Assembly: GCA_009103225.1 (NCBI GenBank)
Contig: RHPI01003020.1
Span: forward strand, 16,481-80,480
Origin: Chlorokybus atmophyticus
Lineage: Eukaryota; Plantae; Mesostigma and Chlorokybus algae
Reading direction: 5' to 3'
DNA: 64,000 nucleotides
Position numbers and translations under genes: made by a program. The notes beneath the pieces were generated by a model. The model did not search any database. It was not told where the DNA came from and was given only the letters and a program-made list of their open reading frames with translations. Of the stretch, positions 1 through 13,615 are shown one piece after another (the stretch's first letter is position 1; every line of letters starts with the position of its first letter).

Positions 1-327
1 CGCGGTGTGAACACCACTGATTGACATAGGTGTTCGTAGCGATTGCCTGTGTTTGTTGGCGTATTTCCCGCTTGATCGACATGTGGAGATGGTAGTTAAT
101 CAGCTGTGTTTGCAGAGTCAACATAGCCGACCGCTGTAAGTTGTCGTTTATTGTAAAACTATAGCACGCGTGTGTATATCGCCTGTTACATGCTTGCCAA
201 CGTTTCCATTGCTGATCAAAAGCGTATATCGCTGTTTGTCAATAGTGTAGCATTTGAAACCGGGATTGGGTGATTTATGGGAGGACGCCTTGGGTGTGGC
301 GGCGGCGGCTGAAAGGAGTTTGTAGCG

Positions 328-2285
328 TTGCTCGTGGAAGAGCAACAACGCAAGTTGGATGCTATCGAGGCGGCAAGGACTGCTCGCAACGATAACCAGC
401 GTGATTATGCCAAGCGCCGCCGTGAGGAGGAAGTACCAGATCAACCAGTTGAAGGAAGAGTGTGGTTTGACGAGGACGCGTTTGAGCGCTTCTGGTGTGT
501 TCCTTCATGCGCTAACTTGTGGGAAGACCTGAGGATGGGAAGGCGACAACCTGGTTCTTCACAAGGTTTGTGAATGGTGATGCTAGAGCTGCGAAATTTA
601 CTGCATGCTTGGCTGCACATGGTGTTGAATGTCTTGTGTGTGCAGGAGGATGACCCATTGCAAGGCTTGGCTGCAGTTGGACATAACAAATAGATAGCAG
701 ATGCTGATACTTTGTCCACTTTTTGCGAATGTTGACTGTGGCTTGTTTGGGGGGTGCTGACTTTAGACAGCACAGATTAACAAAGATATTGAGCAGTTAG
801 AATCGAATGATGAAGATCTTGAGAACCGGGAGAACATCCATCTTGACTCTTCTCAGCTGCGCAAGAGGCAGATTCAGCACCAGGCTATTGTGCAACAGCA
901 TGTGCTCAGCCTGCGCATACATTGCACAACGCGTCACACGCAAACACGCGCGTAGACTGCGATGGCAAAGATGTAAGGATGGGGGGCACGATGTCGAGGA
1001 TGCACAAGGCTACAAGGACTATGCTACGGACGCCAAAGACGCCTTGGCACATTGCCAGGTGGGTGGGTGGGAAGTTGAGCAAAGGTTGCTGTCGGAACAG
1101 CTGTGATTGTAGTTGGTGGTAGCATCCATAAGCGTGAATAAGCGGACCTCTTGCATGACATTGAGTGTATGTACATATCAATAATGTATTCGTGACGCTC
1201 ATGTCAAGTGTGATAATCAGGCGTTAATAGCCGTTGTGTTGTGTGTGCAGCCACCTCGGGGACTGCTGCCGTGCATGCAGACTCTGCGTACAGGCAGAAC
1301 CATGTGTTCAGCCAGTAAGAGGTACTTTCATGCTGTAGCGATGACGTACGCTGCAGTCAGAGCTATGTTTACCATTTGTACATTGCTGCTGTGGTATAGT
1401 GTATGGTGGGACTTGCGCATGACACTGCTTTGTATTGTGCATGATTATGGTGCTGAATTTATCAATGATCGTAATCAAGTTGAGACAGACAACTCGTAGT
1501 GTATGCATGCATTATGTAGTCTATGCTGGTTGCATATGAGTGCGCAAGTCTAGGTGCATAGTCATGGTTGCTTATGCTATGTGACAGGCTTGAGATGCGG
1601 TCAAGCATCTGATGTTGAAGTTTGTGCTCGGTGTCTCAGGCGTGAAGTGCAAAGGCTGACCGAGCAACATAATACCATCAGCAAGGAGAGAGAAGTTCTA
1701 CGTGTGCAGTTGACTGGCTTGCAAGCATCTATGAGTGATAAGGAGCGGGAGACAAGCACAGACGACTCCACAGAGCTACGGGATGCCAAGGAGGAGGTTA
1801 ACATGCTGCACACAAGATGTGAAGTGAGTATCACTGGTGCTGTGTCCAACCACATGTCAAGCTTTATTTGCCTATAATAGCACTCACTTGAGGGCGTGCC
1901 TTGGCAGGATGCCAAGCAGCAGAGTCGTCGCCAGGCTGCTGAAGAAAAGCAAAAATGCAAGGCTGCGAAAGTAGTATGAAAGGAACTGGAGAGAATGAGT
2001 TGGATGAGATGCAGCAGCACGCTGAGGTTAGAGTTGTGCCTGGTTGTCAACTCACCTGGTGCACAGCGGTGCATGCTCAACTCGAAGAAGTGGCTGGTGC
2101 AGGTGTTGGAGATCAGGCTGCGCAAGGAGACAGATGCAGGGTGAGGGGAGAGGCGCCGTTAGGTCAGGGCTAAAAGGGACCTGAAAGGTTACGTTTTTAA
2201 GTTGGTCGAGTTGGAAGATATCAATGCTGGCCTGCGAGAGATAGTGCGCACTAGTCCATCAATGCGGCAAACAACACACGATGCC
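328..2285 (+). pseudogene. Degenerate spliced coding sequence, 5' part (coiled-coil-like segments); probably continues at 2716-2907 and 9114-10094
   Basis: Charged or helical peptide stretches (EEQQRKLDAIEAARTARNDNQRDYAKRRREEE; CARCLRREVQRLTEQHNTISKEREVLRVQL) lie between GT..AG intron-like segments, with scattered stops. No recognisable domain. Confidence 0.3.
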
Positions 2286-2710
2286 TATTGAGGATATTCC
2301 TACATCAGCCGGTCAGCTTGCCCTCTGCATAGGAATAACCGCTATAAGGTTCCAGGTGACTCAAGTTAAGAGGTCCAGACGCGACAAGGTTCCAGGCGCG
2401 TCGGCGAGTCCGGAGTCTTTAAACTTCCAGACGCTGTAGTATAATGATTGGATCTTGATGGTTATTTAACTATTTGGCGTGTGCCATATCTTGTTTAAAG
2501 GCTCTTGAACTTGACTACCTGGAGCAACTTAGAGCGCAAGCTATGGTTGAGTGTGCTAGATGCAATAGCTTATAGAGTAGAAGCTATGCGTAGCTGGCGG
2601 GTATAAAACCCGTGGACATGATGGCAATAAATGGTCTTGTATGGTCTCTTGACGCTGGTGTTGTGGCGTGCACTTGTGCATATGTATGCTTGTTATTGGC
2701 CATCTCAACA
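2286..2710 (+). mobile_element. Solo LTR (copia-type), 425 bp, TSD ATGCC
   Basis: Runs TATTGAGGATATT (TG mutated to TA)...ATCTCAACA. ATGCC at 2281-2285 and 2711-2715. Collinear similarity to the solo LTR at 30680-31148. Confidence 0.85.
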
Positions 2711-2907
2711 ATGCCTGTGTAGGGGAAGAGGTGCGGCAGCTATTTGAAGAAGACTTGAACAGGGTGGCCAGAGACGATTGCGTGGAGCCCCTGGCGTGTG
2801 CAGTGCGTGAGATTGCGTAGCAGCTCTTGCTCAGAGATGCCGTTGTCTTCCAAATTGCTGTTGTAGCCAAGTACAACATCGTGCCGGCACGCTATTATAT
2901 TGAAGCT

Positions 2908-4495
2908 AGATCCCAGCTCCCCCCCTCCGCCCTCCCTCTCTTCCGCGCCCCCTCCGCCTCCCCCCGCACCCGCCCTTCGCCCTCCTCCCGCTGCTGGCCC
3001 TGCCCCACCGCATAGCGGCGCCTTCGGCCCCGCCCCAGCAGGCCGCAAAGCTCGTGCACGCAAGCATGCCTCTGCTCCTCACCTGGGCCAACGCACCTTG
3101 GCCGACTTTATGCCCGCCTCCTCCTCCCAAAGCTGGTTCTTTTATGGTTGAGGAGGAAGAGCGAGCTGCCTCGCCCCCTCGCTCGGAGATCGTCGCCCCC
3201 CCGGTGCTGCAGCTCGAGGAAGTCCCAGCGGCCTCTCTCCAGCCATGGCTGAGCGTGTGCTTGCAGGCCGAGGATCTGCCCCCTCCCCCAGCACCGCCCT
3301 CTGCTCTCTACATTGCGCCGTGCGTGCTCTCTCCCGCCTGCCCTGATTCGGGGGCGTTGGAAGCCTCCATCCTTTGCACGGATGTCGGCAAATCTTCCGG
3401 CCTGCTCTTCATGAGAGCTCAGCCCCCTCTCCCTCTCTCCGCTCTCCCCCCTCGCGGCTTCCTTTGCTCGGAAGTCCGCCGCTCTTTGGAGAGGGTTAAG
3501 TTTCATCTCGACCCTGCCACGGAGGACCTGGCAGTTGACTGGAGCCTAAGTGAGGCGCTGTTGGCCATGGAAGACACGGGCTCCGTGCTTTTGCTGGTGC
3601 CAGTCGCGCCCCAGCCTCATCGCCTCGCGCCCCCATCCCTTCCCACCAGCAATGGCATACCCTTTCTCACTGGAACTCCGCCCTCCTCTCACACCGTAAG
3701 CCGTCTTCTCTCTCCTCTGAGATTGCTGCGGTTGTGGATCGCTGGCGGCAGGCTCATCTCAGCCTGTCGACGCCCGCCCATGATGTGACCCCCCCCTCTT
3801 CAGAGGCAGACACCCATCGCGCAGGCCCCAAGTCGGTTGTGAAGCGCCTCTTCTCCCCCCCGCCTGCCACCTCCGCGTTGCCGGCGTCACCAGCTCCGAC
3901 ACACACTCGGGTGCGCCTTCTCTCACCATTCCGCCCTCCCCCGGACACCCCGGTGGCGATGGCAGTAGTTCTTCGCTGCTCGCGTGCGACGTGGTGGCTG
4001 GGTGTTCGGCGTCTCCCCTCTCCTCAGGACGGCCCGCCCTTTTCCCTTCCCTCCATCGTCCCCTCTCCCTCCCCGGCGGAGGAGGAAGGGGCTCTCCTTC
4101 ACGCTGCAGCCGCCCTGCTCGGTGTGTGTGGAGACGCGCAGTGGCGTTACTGGCCGGAAGCCTGACACACTCTTCCAACCAGCTCCCCTGGCTCCTTGCT
4201 TGTCTGGACGGTCCGCCTCCCTGGCGACCCGGACGATGCCATGGTGAATGTCTCGGGCAGCCAGCCCGCGCTTTGGTTGGACGTGGCCAAGCTTGAAGGC
4301 GTGCGGGGGGGTGCAGCCTCGCTGCTCGACGACAGGTCCTTGGCTGGCCTTCGCCTTCTTCGCACCTCTCCCTCCCCTCTCCCCGCACTCATGCCAGACT
4401 CGAACAGCTCTTTAAGGGACGTGCTGTACGACACGGCGGCACCTCGGGGGTTCTTTGACATTGCTGCCCTGCTCGGCCTGCCTACGGATGACTGA
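2908..4495 (+). pseudogene. LINE ORF1 region (Pro/Ser-rich, frameshifted)
   Basis: Overlapping partial ORFs 2900-4495. The last ends at TGA 4493-4495, overlapping the ORF2 ATG at 4488 (ATGACTGA). No known domain recognised. Confidence 0.5.
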
Positions 4496-7400
4496 CTGCC
4501 TGCTAGACCCCTTGTCTATTTTGACCTGGAATGTCCGCGGCCTCAATGCCTCATCCTCCTCTCCCGGAGCCAACAAGCGCTCACGCTTGCTCACGCGCTG
4601 GCGTGACTGGTGCCTCCCCCGCAATTCAGTTCTATTCTTGCAAGAAACAAAACTCTCCCCCTCCTCCATGTGGCTTCGCCGTTTCTGGGGTGGGGGGTCC
4701 GTCTGGTCTCACGCCGACGGCACCCGTGGCGGGGTGGCCATTCTCTTCCCTCTTCTTTGGTCCAAGTACGTTGTCGACCAGGGCGAGGCTGTTCCCTCTA
4801 GATGCTGCTCGTTACGCATCCGTTGGGGAGAGGGCCTGTTGTTGCTTGTGTGCGTGTACGCCCCCACGGAGCGCACATAGAGGGCTAGCTTCTTCACCTC
4901 TCTCCCGTGCCTCCTCCCCGCAGCTGACTGGGCGCTGCTCGGGGGGGATTGGAACGCGGTTGACGACCCCTCCCTCGACAGGTCCCCCCCCTCTTCCTCC
5001 TCTCATGAGTCTCCGGCTCTGCTGCAGCTTTGTGAGGAGCTGCAGGTGGAGGACGTTCACCGCACCCTCCACCCCAACGAGCTCTCGTTCTCTTGGGATA
5101 ACGCGCACCTTGGCCCCTCTCATCGGGCTGGCCGACTCGACAGATTTTACCTCAGCCTGGATTTCCGCACATGGGTGGACGACAGCTCCGTGATCAACAC
5201 GGAAGTCCTCTCCGATCACCGGCCTGTCCATATCCAATTGGCGCTGCCGGGCTCTTTCTCTCCTCTCCTTGGGCTGTGGAAATGCAGCCCCTCCCTCCTC
5301 ACTGACCCTTTGTTCTTCGCCGCCGCTGAACAGCTCTGGGTCTCTCGCACACCCCCCTTCCCGGTCCCTCCTTCTCATGTCGTGAGCTGGTTCGAGCAGG
5401 GGCTGGAGGCTTTGACTGTTCTTGCCAAACAGCATGATCGCCGACGGCGCCATGCCAAGGCCCAGCATCAGCGTCGCCTCCGCGTCGATCTCTCTTCTGC
5501 TCGCGAGCAGCTTGATGCTGCTCCGCAAGACATGCTCATGCACGCAGAGCTGGTCCGCCTTCAGTCCGACCTGACTGCCGCGGAAGAAGATGAGGACACG
5601 GCGAGGGGGATAAGGGCTCACTCTCGCTGGAGGCTCCAGGGGGAGCGCATGACTTCCTATTTCTTCTCTAAAGCAAAGGCCCCTCAGCACTCCTCGGCTA
5701 TCCGTTCTCTCTCTCACTCCACCACCCGTCACTCTCCTCCATTGACCTCTCAACGGCAGATTGTGGAGGCCTGCGAGAGTTTCTACCGTGACCTCTTCAC
5801 CTCCTCCCCTGTCTTTCAACCGGCGAAGCAGGCTGCTATGCACGCTTGCTGGTCGGTGATGGAACGCACTCTCACGCCTGAGATGGCTGAGCAGCTGGAC
5901 TCCTCTCTCCTTTTGGAGGACCTGTGGCGGGCACTGTCTAGCATGGAGCCCCACCGCTGCCCGGGACGGGATGGGCTCACGGCGGCCTTCTGGAGGAAGA
6001 TGTGGCCGGTCTTGGGAGAGGGCTACTTCCGCTACTATCTACAGGTCTTGGCCCGCGGCAGTTTGGGGGCCTCGCAAAAGGTGGGGGTGGTTTCTCTCAT
6101 ACACAAAAAGGGTGAACTAGGTGATCGGAATTGGAGACCAATCACCCTCCTGCCGCTGCACTACAAGATCTTGGCTAAAGCGGTAGCCTCTCGACTGGCG
6201 CCTCTTCTCCCTCTGTGATTAGCCCGGAACAGGCTGGTTTTGTCCGGCACCGGTTCATTCTGGACAACGTGCTCTCCGCCCTAGATCTCCTCGACCTGGG
6301 CAAGGAGTCCGCCTCCTCCTACGCTCTCCTTATGCTGGATTTTGAGAAAGGTTTTGACAGGTTGGACTGGAGCTTCATTGATGGAGCCCTCTCGGCGCAA
6401 GGTTTCGGCCCCTCTTTCCGTTTCTGGGTATGCGGTGGAGGCAGCAGTCAGGTGCTGATAAATGGTGAGCTCTCAGCAGAATTTGAGCTGCAACGCGGCA
6501 GCGTCCGTCAAGGCTGCCCACTGGCCCCGTCCCTCTTCATCCTAGCCTCGGAGGCTCTGGGTGCACTCTTGCGAGCGAACCCCCTGCTACGCGATTTCCC
6601 CCTGCCTTCAATCCGCATGGGCTCCTCGGAGACTAAGGCTCACGGCGAGGAGGACGCTGAGGACATCCGTCACTTCAAGTATGCGGACGACTTTACCATT
6701 GTTTTGAAGCTGACGGCGGAGGCCCGAGCGGCCTTTTCCTCCACCATTGATATCCATTGCCTTGCGTCTGATGCACTGCTTGGTTGGCAGAAGACGTGTG
6801 GCATTCTCTTTGGCGCCCCCCCTCCTTTCTCGGTGGCTGACTGGGAGATCCGTTGGCTTGCCCTAGGAGAGGCAGTGAAGCTCCTTGGCGTTCCAATGGG
6901 CTTGTCTCTTCAACAAGACCAGCTCTTCGCGGACACCATTCGAAAGATTCAATCCAGGTTGGACGTGTGGTCACGGCAAGGGCTCTCCCTGCTCGGTCGT
7001 GCACTTGTTGCCAATAGCTCCGTCTTGGCTTGCTTGTGGTACCTGGCGGCCATATGCTCCCCCTCTCGCTCCTCTCTCTCCTCCCTTCGAGCGTCTTGTC
7101 AGTCTTTGTTGTGGGGTCGCGGGCAACAAGGCTCCCCGGCAAAAGGTGCGTTGGGAGGTCCTTCGCCTTCCAAAGGATATGGGGGGCCTCGGTGTGTTGG
7201 ACCCCGAGCTGCAAACTCAAGCCTTGCTTGCCAAATGGGCTATACGAGTTCTCGACCCTACGTGGGCCCCGTGGAAAGCCCTTGCTTTCGCACAGCTCCA
7301 GCGCTGGAGCACTGAGCCCTCTTCGGGGGTGCAATGGGTGCTCCCGACCTGCACTCTGCCGTCCTCGGGGCTCCCCCACTCCCACCTCCCCCGCCACTGG

Positions 7401-8872
7401 CAGTCTATTGTCAAGGCCTGGCTCGGGGTTCGACCTCTGTCTCCTCCCTCCATCTCCTCCTACGAAGAGGTCTTGCGTCAGCCACTTTTTTATGATGCAG
7501 ATCTGGTTGACGAGAGCAGTCGTCCTTTGGGCGCTCGCCTTAGTCGGGCTCGCTGGCGAGAGTGGGCGGCCGCGGGGTTCTACCGTGTCGTGGACCTGTG
7601 GGATGAGATCTTTGGCTCTCCCTACCCGGCCTCCGTCCTTGCTCACTACGCCCCCACACGCATAGCTGAGTGCCTCGCGGAGCTGTGGTCGTGTATCCCC
7701 CCCGTGTGGCGCTCTCTTCTCGATGCAGGCCCCTCCACCCCCGTCGCGGAGAAGTGGTGGGCGACGCTCTGGCCTGACGGCACGCTCAAAGCGGTTGTGT
7801 ACCTCTCGTCTGTCTCTCCCCCTGCCTGTGTGGGTGTTGCTTTCACTCTTGGAGGGCCAGAAGGCAACTCCCTGTCAGCCCCAGTGGTGGACGTCCGCCT
7901 TCCCTCCAGCCAGCTGCGTAGGGTTCGTGTTCTTCCTCCCCCACTTCGCTGGAGGCAGCGTCCGGCAGTGGGCTCGTCAGCATGGAGGGACCTCTCCCCC
8001 CACTCCCGCTACTTGGGTTGGTACCTGGCAGGGGGGGCCCTTCTCTCAGACCTTCACGCTGACCCCGCCCTGACTGTGTGGGATCCCTCGCTCCCCCCCG
8101 CTCACTCCACCGCCTTCTCCTTGTGGGACTATTCCCCCCCAAGCTTGGATACCGCACCCTCTGCTATAGGCGCTCTTGCGCCCCTGTCCCCGCCACCTCT
8201 CGTTGGTCTCTGCTCTCCCCTGTGATCCCGTGGAAACAGGTGTGGCTTTACATTCACCGGCTACCCTTGTCTGGGAAAGTATGCTCGCTGTTGTGGTTGC
8301 TCTCCCACAAGGCCTTGTTCACTGGGGATCGCCTCCGTCACATGGGCTTCCCGGCTGCCTGTCTTTCGTGCCTCCAGGAGGTGGAGGACCCGTTGCATCT
8401 TTTTGTTCTCTGCCCCGTGGCCGAGGCGACGTGGTGCTGGCTGCGGGCCCTTTTCAGTCGTATGGGGTGGGTGGGGGTGGACTGCTCCCCTCTCTCTCTC
8501 CTCTTCGGTTTGGGCGACCAGCCTTCTCCCTCTCCACTCACCTCCCTCTGGCGCATTTTGCGTCTGCTTGCTCTTTGGCAACTGTGGGCGGCCCGTTGCC
8601 GTGTTCGGTATGATGCAGCCCCTCCTTCTCCGCTTCACGTTGTCGCTCGGCTGTCGACCAATATGCACAGGCATATGCGGGACGCCTGGCTAGAGGTGTG
8701 CACGACACCCTTGAAGGAGGACGCCCGCCAGCAGGCCTTTTCCTCCTTCTCGTCCTCTTGGGGGGCGGGCTCCGTCTTGTGCACGTGTGTGTGGGCCCTC
8801 CCTTCACCACACCTCATCTCTCATTACCCCTTTCACTCATCGGCTTCTCCCTCTTCCCCTGCCTCACTCTGA
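4488..8872 (+). pseudogene. LINE ORF2: AP endonuclease, reverse transcriptase and zf-RVT, with one stop and about three frameshifts
   Basis: APE motifs TWNVRG, LFLQET, GGDWN, RLDRFY, SDHRP. RT motifs WRPITLL, EQAGFV, LDFEKGFDR, SVRQGCPLAP, YADD. zf-RVT motif WKQVW...CLSC...EDPLHLFVLCP. TAG at 4878-4880; frame changes near 6215, 7140 and 8220. Confidence 0.92.
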
Positions 8873-9113
8873 CTTCCGCACTCCCTTTCCCTCTCTCGTT
8901 TTTCTTCTCCCTGCTGACACTTGCTCTTCTCCCTGCTCTCTCACCTGTCTCCCTCGCTGTAGCTTAGCTCTCTCTACTCTTTAGCTGTCCTGCTTGTTTT
9001 GACTAGCTCTCTAGTACTTAGTTTTCATTCGTAAGTGCTGGCTTGTATGCATGAACATCTCTTCTTTAATACAACTTTCCCCTGAGAGGGTTTTAAAAAT
9101 AAAAATTAAAGCT

Positions 9114-10094
9114 GTCCATCAGCGCTTGCCTTGAGCAGTGGTTGTCATAACTGCGGACAGGCAGCAAGGCACACTGTTGATTAGTGCGTAGGCTGACCCT
9201 CTATCGTGCCTCCTTCGGCATGGCATGAGGGTGACTGAAGTACTGGTAAGTGCACAACCCGCACGGGGTGGACCAAGTGCTGCAGATGGTGACGAACTGC
9301 CTAATGGTGTGCTGCGTACGCTCAACAAATTGATGGAAACTGAGAGGCAACGGCAAGTTAAATGCAACAAGTCAAACCCAAACCTCAATGCTGTGGATTG
9401 CACTGCGGAGTGGGATGCCTCTGCACTGCTGCGCCAAGTGTTTGGGGCATTGACAGGGACGTTGCCATGGAAGGAGTGAAGACACCAGGGCCTCGTCATG
9501 CACAGGCTATGACAATACTACGCAACAGAACGTTGTTCCTCATGCACTCTGCTTTATATGCGCGGAGCAAGTTCACTTAATTTTTACTGCACTTGGTGGT
9601 TACCAACGAGGTGAACATGCAGTTAAATGGCAACAAATTGATTCAAACTCTGAATCGCCTTGGAGTTTCAGTGAGTTGCGATTATATTGACCGGCACATT
9701 CACACTCGGGCGCTGCATAGCATCAACTCCTTGAGTAGGATATGTCCAAGGCCTGGTATGCATGACCTGGCATCTATCGACAACCTGGACATAAAGGCGG
9801 GGCACTAGGCATGTTACAAGGGCAGGCATAGAGGAGACATCCACGCAACCTCAACTTAAGTCAAATGTAGGGCGGGCTCCGCGGTTGCCATTGACGCTGC
9901 AGGTGAGATTGGAACCAAATAATGAGTAACGCCGTACTTGTAATACGTTGTGGTAGACCTTGTGCTGATATAATGTGACTATTCGTGGCAACCATCCCGG
10001 AACAGAACTCTGGCAGAGTCCATGCGCTAAACCCATGCCACCACGAGATGCACTGCCCCGTGCATTAATTGTGCTGCAAAGCGCTCCCATACTC
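9114..10094 (+). pseudogene. Degenerate putative DNA-transposase-like sequence (DUF6589-like motif, tentative)
   Basis: GNKLIQTLNRLGVSVSCDYI...SIDNLDIKAGH*ACYKGRHRGDIHAT resembles the 'K-li-LnrlG-s-SY...DN-D...H-T' pattern I recall from DUF6589-type putative transposases. Many stops. Confidence 0.3.
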
Positions 10095-10507
10095 TGTTGA
10101 CAATCAGAGCTAAGCAGTGTTGAATGTGTTACAACAATAAACCTATCTCACACACATGAGCATGCACAGCAGCAGCCTGCACACTTGAGGTATGCAATAT
10201 GGATTATTAACTCTAGCTCAGCACACACAATATATAGTCCTAGCCACTTATCTAGCCAAATGTACACAAGAGTTCCTATTGGTTATGCTAGCTATTACAG
10301 CATGTGCCAGCATATCAAAGGACTGTCCTTTCTGGAGCCTTTTAGCGCCGCCAGAGGTCTGCTTCAGATATCAATGCCACAACTTCAATATCTTCCATTG
10401 ACACTCGAGGACTGTTAATGTAGGGGCTGTCAATGTAGGCGACTGTCAATGCAAAGGGGCTGTCCAAGCTGACTGTAGCTGGTGACATTAGGGGCTGTCC
10501 TCCAACA
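10095..10507 (-). repeat. 3' LTR of copia A
   Basis: TGTTGAC...TCCAACA on the + strand; PPT-like GCATAGGAG immediately upstream on the minus strand. Confidence 0.85.
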
Positions 10508-10559
10508 CTCCTATGCAGGCAGCTTGACAGTCTTCATGCTTGGGCTTCCACTGGATGCC

Positions 10560-13500
10560 AAGCATTATGCAGCAGCCCTTGAACTTGGATGGCGGAAGTG
10601 CCTTAGTCATGCAGTCCGCCAACATCTCCTCGGTGTTACAGTAAATGAACTCCACCACCTCTTGCCGTGTAGCGCGCTCACGCACAAAGTGATGCATAAC
10701 ATTAATGTGCTTCGAGCAAGAAGATGCGATGGGATGTTTCAGCAATCTGATTGCTCCTAATTGGCACACACACACAGTTGATGATGACCGTAGATGCCTT
10801 GTAGCCCAGGTCTGCTACAAGCTAGCGAAGCCACGGTCCTTCCTTTACAGCCTGTGATGCACCGATGTACTCCGCTTCGGCTGTTGATGCCGTCACAGTG
10901 GGTTGTAGCCTACTGCTCCAGCACACAACTCCACCATTCACAAGGAGAGCATAGCTTGTAGTTGACATCCTTGTGTTAAAATCTCTAGCGTAGTCAGCAT
11001 CGCAGTAGCCATGCAATGCAGTGTTTCCTCCTCCATATGTGATGCCGATAGCCGGTGTGCCAGCAACATAGCGAAGAACGCCCTTGGTTGTTTTCAATGC
11101 TCCATGGTTGATGCCGACATGTGCCGTGCCAGAACTCCAACAGCAAATGCATTGTCCGGCCTAGTGCTAAGTGATAAGTATAGCAAACTCCCTACCGGCT
11201 CTTCATATGGGTAGGTGGCTTTGTCTGACAATCCCTCTCCGTCGATAGCCCTGCTCATCCGTGCTCCAACATCCAGGAACTAGGAACTGACTTATACTTG
11301 GCCTCCTGTAGCCTCGACTTGTCCGCCAACTTCAACACCATCTGCTCCTGACTGATGTTAACAGTTTTGCGCTCCCTGTCTCTTGAGATTACCATGCCAA
11401 GAAAGTGATTGGCCTCTCCCAGATCTCTAGTGCTGAAGGTCTTCACGAGCGCCACCTAAACGTTGCTCACCTCCTTCATTTTCCTTGCAGCTATGAAAAT
11501 ATCATCCACGCATACAATAAGTCAGACCTCCTTATTCGGGTGGATGAACAGTCCTAGGTCGGCTTCGGATGCGGTAACATCAAACCTCTCAAGCTCCTTA
11601 CTCAGACGAATATGCCACACGCTGAGTGCTTACTTCAAGCTGTAGAGTGCCTTCACCAACGTGCAAGCAGTCTCCAGTCCTCCCTCTTAATAACCCTTGG
11701 GTGCTGGATGTACATCTCCTCCTCAAGTTCGCCATAAAGGAAGGCTGTCTTCATTCAAGTGATGCAACTCCAAGTCCTCAGCTATAATGAGAGCAAGCAT
11801 TTTGCGGAAGGTCACATGTTTACTAGCAGATGCGAAGACCTCGTTGAAGTCAATGCCTTCTTATTGCAGGAAGCCCTTCGCCACCAGCCTGGTCTTGAAC
11901 CTCTCGCTGTTGCCGTTGCCATCTCACTTGATCTTTTATACCCACTTAATTGGGATAGGCTTAACTTCAGGAGGTACCTTCTCCAACGTCCAGGTACAGT
12001 TGGCATGCAGTGATGCCATCTCCTTTGCTTGTTTCCACATCATTGCTTCAAAGCCTTTGAGCGCCTCTTTATATGTGGTGGGTTCGACAGTCCCTCCCAC
12101 GTTGGCACTTGCGACCGTTGCGACCATAGCCTTGCAGAAACCTTGTGGGTGATGTCTCCATCTCATATCGTAGGCCCCTTGCTCCTCATGATGCTGGTCA
12201 TTGTTGGTGATGTTGGTTTTGCTGCTGTCTGCTGATGATGAGTTAGGTTCAACTGCATGTTGATAGTTTGGAAGGTTGACAGCCTGCAGGGACTGTCGGT
12301 TGGGACTGTCAATAGCCGTGGCAGGGGTTGTCAATGAAGAATCTTGATAGTCTCCTTCTTCAGCTAGTCGTGTTTCAGCGTCTTCCTTGCAGCTAAGCAC
12401 GGTGTTTTTAGCAACAGGTGTAGTGCCTCCCTAAGCAAAAGCAACATCACGACTAATTACAATCTTGCCAGTGTCTTGCACTAGCACGCAAAAGACTCTG
12501 CTATTGGCTTCAAAGCCAACAAATACTCCTTTATTGCTGGCAGGTTCCAGCTTTCTCAGCTGCTTTGGGACGTGTACATAGGCCGGCCAGCCCTAACCTT
12601 CAACATGAACACCTCCGGATGTCGACCTTAAAACAACTCCCACGGTGTCTTGGTCTCCAAGCGCACTGGTGATTGGTTGCGGACATAGTTGGCAATCAGC
12701 AATGCTTCTCTCCACCAATAATATTTAAGTTGAGCTTCCACAAGTATGGCTCTCATTTTCTCTAAAAGTGTGCGATTGAGCCTCTCTGCAGCTCCGTTTT
12801 GTTAAGGTGTATATCGCGCGGTGGTTTCATAGGTGAAACCTATGTTTGCAAAGTATGCTTTAAGCTCGTTGTTGACATACACGCCTCCTCTGTCTGTGCG
12901 GACAGTGAATGCCTTGTGTCCAGAGTGCGCTTTCAGCATGGTGAGGACCTTTTTGACAGTTCCAGTAACTTCGGACTTCAGCTTAAAAGGCACACTGACG
13001 GATAGCTTGCTATAATTGTCAAGGAAAGTGCACAAGAAGAGGCTCCCCTCTCCCTTGGCAGCAACAGGCAAAGGATCGCAGACATCCATATGCACTAGTT
13101 CCCACACCCTCGTGTTGTTCACATGTGTTGATTGTGGGAAGGGCTGTCGATGTTGCTGGCCAAGCATACATGATTCACAACACACCTTGCTGGGCACGGA
13201 ACTCCTCCGCGATGTTGATTCCATTCACCATGTTCACCTTCACGAGGCTTGCAAAGTTGTCATAGCCCAAATGCGCAAAACGGCGATGCTATAGATGAGC
13301 TGTCTCTTCCTTGGCGCGTGCAGCAAATGCGCGGCTGTCAGTCTTCTCACTGAAAATCCCACCCTCCCTGATGTAGTAGAGGTCTTCTTTGAGCATGCTC
13401 TCCACCAAGGTGACGTCCTTCTTGACAACGTAGCCCTTCCCCTTCGAACACAACCTTTCCTCCACTCTTGGCAACATTTTTTACAGAGAACAGGCTAGTG

Positions 13501-13615
13501 CCAAGCCTTGGGACGTATTGAACATCCTTGAGAAGAATGCGTGTCATTGCTTTGCCAACCGTGCAATGCAGATGTACAGTCCCTTCGCCAATAGCCTATA
13601 GCAACTCCCGATTGC
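10560..13615 (-). pseudogene. pol: Copia A pol remnant (protease end, GAG-pre-integrase, integrase, RT, RNase H)
   Basis: RILLKDVQYVP; CCESCMLGQQHRQPF; LVHMDVC; RTDRGGVY; EPTTYKEA; FSTRDLGEANHFLGM; GYCDADYA; broken by stops and frameshifts. Confidence 0.9.

Larger units (their letters stand above)
2908..9104 (+). mobile_element. Full-length non-LTR retrotransposon (Tx1/L1-like LINE), inactivated
   Basis: ORF1-like region, then APE-RT-zinc finger ORF2, a pyrimidine-rich 3' UTR and an A-rich tail at ~9095-9104. Candidate 9-bp TSD ATTGAAGCT (2899-2907) / ATTAAAGCT (9105-9113). The flanking peptide YYIEA|VHQR reads through when the element is removed. Confidence 0.9.

Noticed and set aside
4812-7646. 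Long minus-strand ORFs (380 aa, 317 aa) as genes
   Set aside because: They are antisense shadows of GC-rich LINE ORF2 with no motifs.
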